Source of the DNA: Marsupella aquatica | Taxonomy: Eukaryota > Plantae > Marchantiophyta | Direction: 5' to 3' | Assembly: GCA_973895155.1 (NCBI GenBank) | Contig: OZ316896.1 | Location: 18,278,754-18,342,753 of the forward strand | DNA length: 64,000 nt | Part shown: piece after piece, positions 62,461 to 64,000 of the stretch | Layout: every line of letters begins with the position of its first letter | Position numbering within the stretch: position 1 is the first letter of the stretch | Program-made: the position numbers and the translations under genes | Notes under the pieces: model-generated | What the model was told of the DNA's origin: nothing | What the model saw: the letters and a program-made list of their open reading frames with translations, nothing else | Database searches by the model: none

Positions 62461-64000
62461 AATGCGATATTTGGACCCGAAATCAAAATAATAACGTCTG
62501 GGGAAAGTTGCTTAACCTTGGCTGTGGGAAGTTAGCAAATAGATTCCTGAGTAGGACTTTGTAAGTCAAATTAGAAGCGGAACTCCCCGCAAAGAGCCAT
62601 CGTGAGTTGTGGTTGTCCGTTAATCTCGGTTCCTGAAAGCTTTCCGCTCGATGAACCACGAACGGGAGCAGGTTTGAGCTCGCAGGTAAATCCTCTAGAG
62701 AATGAAGTCCGCGAAATTACCCAGGGATATGGAGGGTGCTGATGGGGCTCGACACCTACTGTGAAATGAACGTCACGGCCACAGCAGAGTGCGAGTCACC
62801 ATCGGCAGAGAGATAGCCTACTGCTCCACGGTCTGATGAGAGGAGGCAATTGCAGGGTGATTCACCCGGCGCCATTTGAAACCATGATTGTGAGAGGGAA
62901 AAAGATTCGAGTACAACAACATCCTGACGTTTGGAGACTTTCGTTGATTTGACAGTAAGGAAGCAAAAGCTTTCGAACCTTGGTAGTAGGACTTCAGATG
63001 TTGAATAGGAACTTAGGAAGCAAGATTTGAGATCTGAAAGACATGGTGTTGAGTCAGCGTTGTCGTCCTAGTGTCCTACAGTACAAAATCGGCGACGCAC
63101 AAACGGTCACCTACTTTTCAGCTCCAGCCGAGCGCAATTTGCTCAAATCAGTGTCATGTTGAGTGAACACGCAGCCCTAGTGCACAATCTGGTGCAGCCA
63201 CGAGGTTGAGGTACCGACAAGCGATAACCGGGATTCCAGACTCCGAAGTCGTGTCGGATCTACTTTTCCGACGTTCGGGGGTCGATGCTTTTGCATGGGG
63301 GATTGAACAGCCGGACACGTTCTTCGGACACTGCAATAACATTAACGGCATCCTGAATTGGATCGTCGATCTGCGGCACGGGCGGCTTTTATACATGGTG
63401 GCTGCGAGCACTCATCATCTTCACTACTAGTCTAGTCAAATCCATACCTGTACCCCTTGACATAGTCAATCATTACTACGGCACCTCACTGGCACAGCCT
63501 CAAATTCATTCCTCTGCTGGGCAGGATTCACAGGAGCTTATCGTACACTGTAGAGAATGTTGGCCATAACTGAGACTTCGGTCAACTGTAGTTCGGTGGA
63601 CAAGGAGCATACTTTAGGATCCATTCTCCCTCTAGAGTTGTGAGATCGGCTAAGGTGCCTCACGTTTAAGTGGACCCGTTCTGGTTGTTTTTCTTGAGTT
63701 TAATTCGTGACTGCTCGATCGGTCTACAGTACTGTAGTTATCAATAAAGCTGCAGCCCAGAGGTCGTTGAGAATTGTCCTCAGTACTCGATATTTGTGTA
63801 CTCCCCGTTTTCACCTGAGGCAGATTCTTGGATGACGTACTGTACTCGGCCGATCTCCCGAAATAGAAAAGTTGCTCGACTCTTCTCACGCTTCGAACGA
63901 TTTTTTGTAGAGCAGAGAATTAGAAATTGTACCGTTTGAAGGACTATGGTGATTTGGCACGACGGTGTTCTTGTCGTAGCAGGTTTGCCAGAAGTTTCGA

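Noticed and set aside
62700-64000. Short ORFs at the window end as the 3' part of another gene
   Set aside because: No consistent exon chain or recognisable domain. This cannot be resolved without the adjacent sequence.

Overview
Eukaryotic, intron-containing land-plant genomic DNA; the long GA-rich leaders and gene style suggest a bryophyte, probably a liverwort (inference only). Nine protein-coding genes are supportable: (1) an intronless At4g22030/'petal formation-expressed'-like membrane protein, (2) a 10-exon half-centrin EF-hand protein, (3) intronless PPL1, (4) intronless HemW/RSAD1-type radical SAM protein, (5) a conserved uncharacterised protein, (6) an ORP3-type oxysterol-binding protein, (7) a GH13 alpha-amylase with a long coiled-coil N-terminus and two apparent 1-bp frameshifts, (8) PTST2/FLO6, and (9) a SMUBP-2/IGHMBP2-like SF1 helicase. 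Mobile DNA comprises a solo LTR with an exact 5-bp TSD and a decayed 3.06-kb two-gene PIF/Harbinger-like element with TIRs and an unusual AAT TSD. The most notable observations are a ~600-bp inverted duplication that places the same upstream/leader module in front of two unrelated divergent genes, a tandem SLATT-like (bacterial-defence-type 2TM) architecture in the first gene, the fungal-looking ANT-TSD transposon, and the adjacency of the coiled-coil amylase and PTST2. Exon boundaries were read by eye and no database searches were run.
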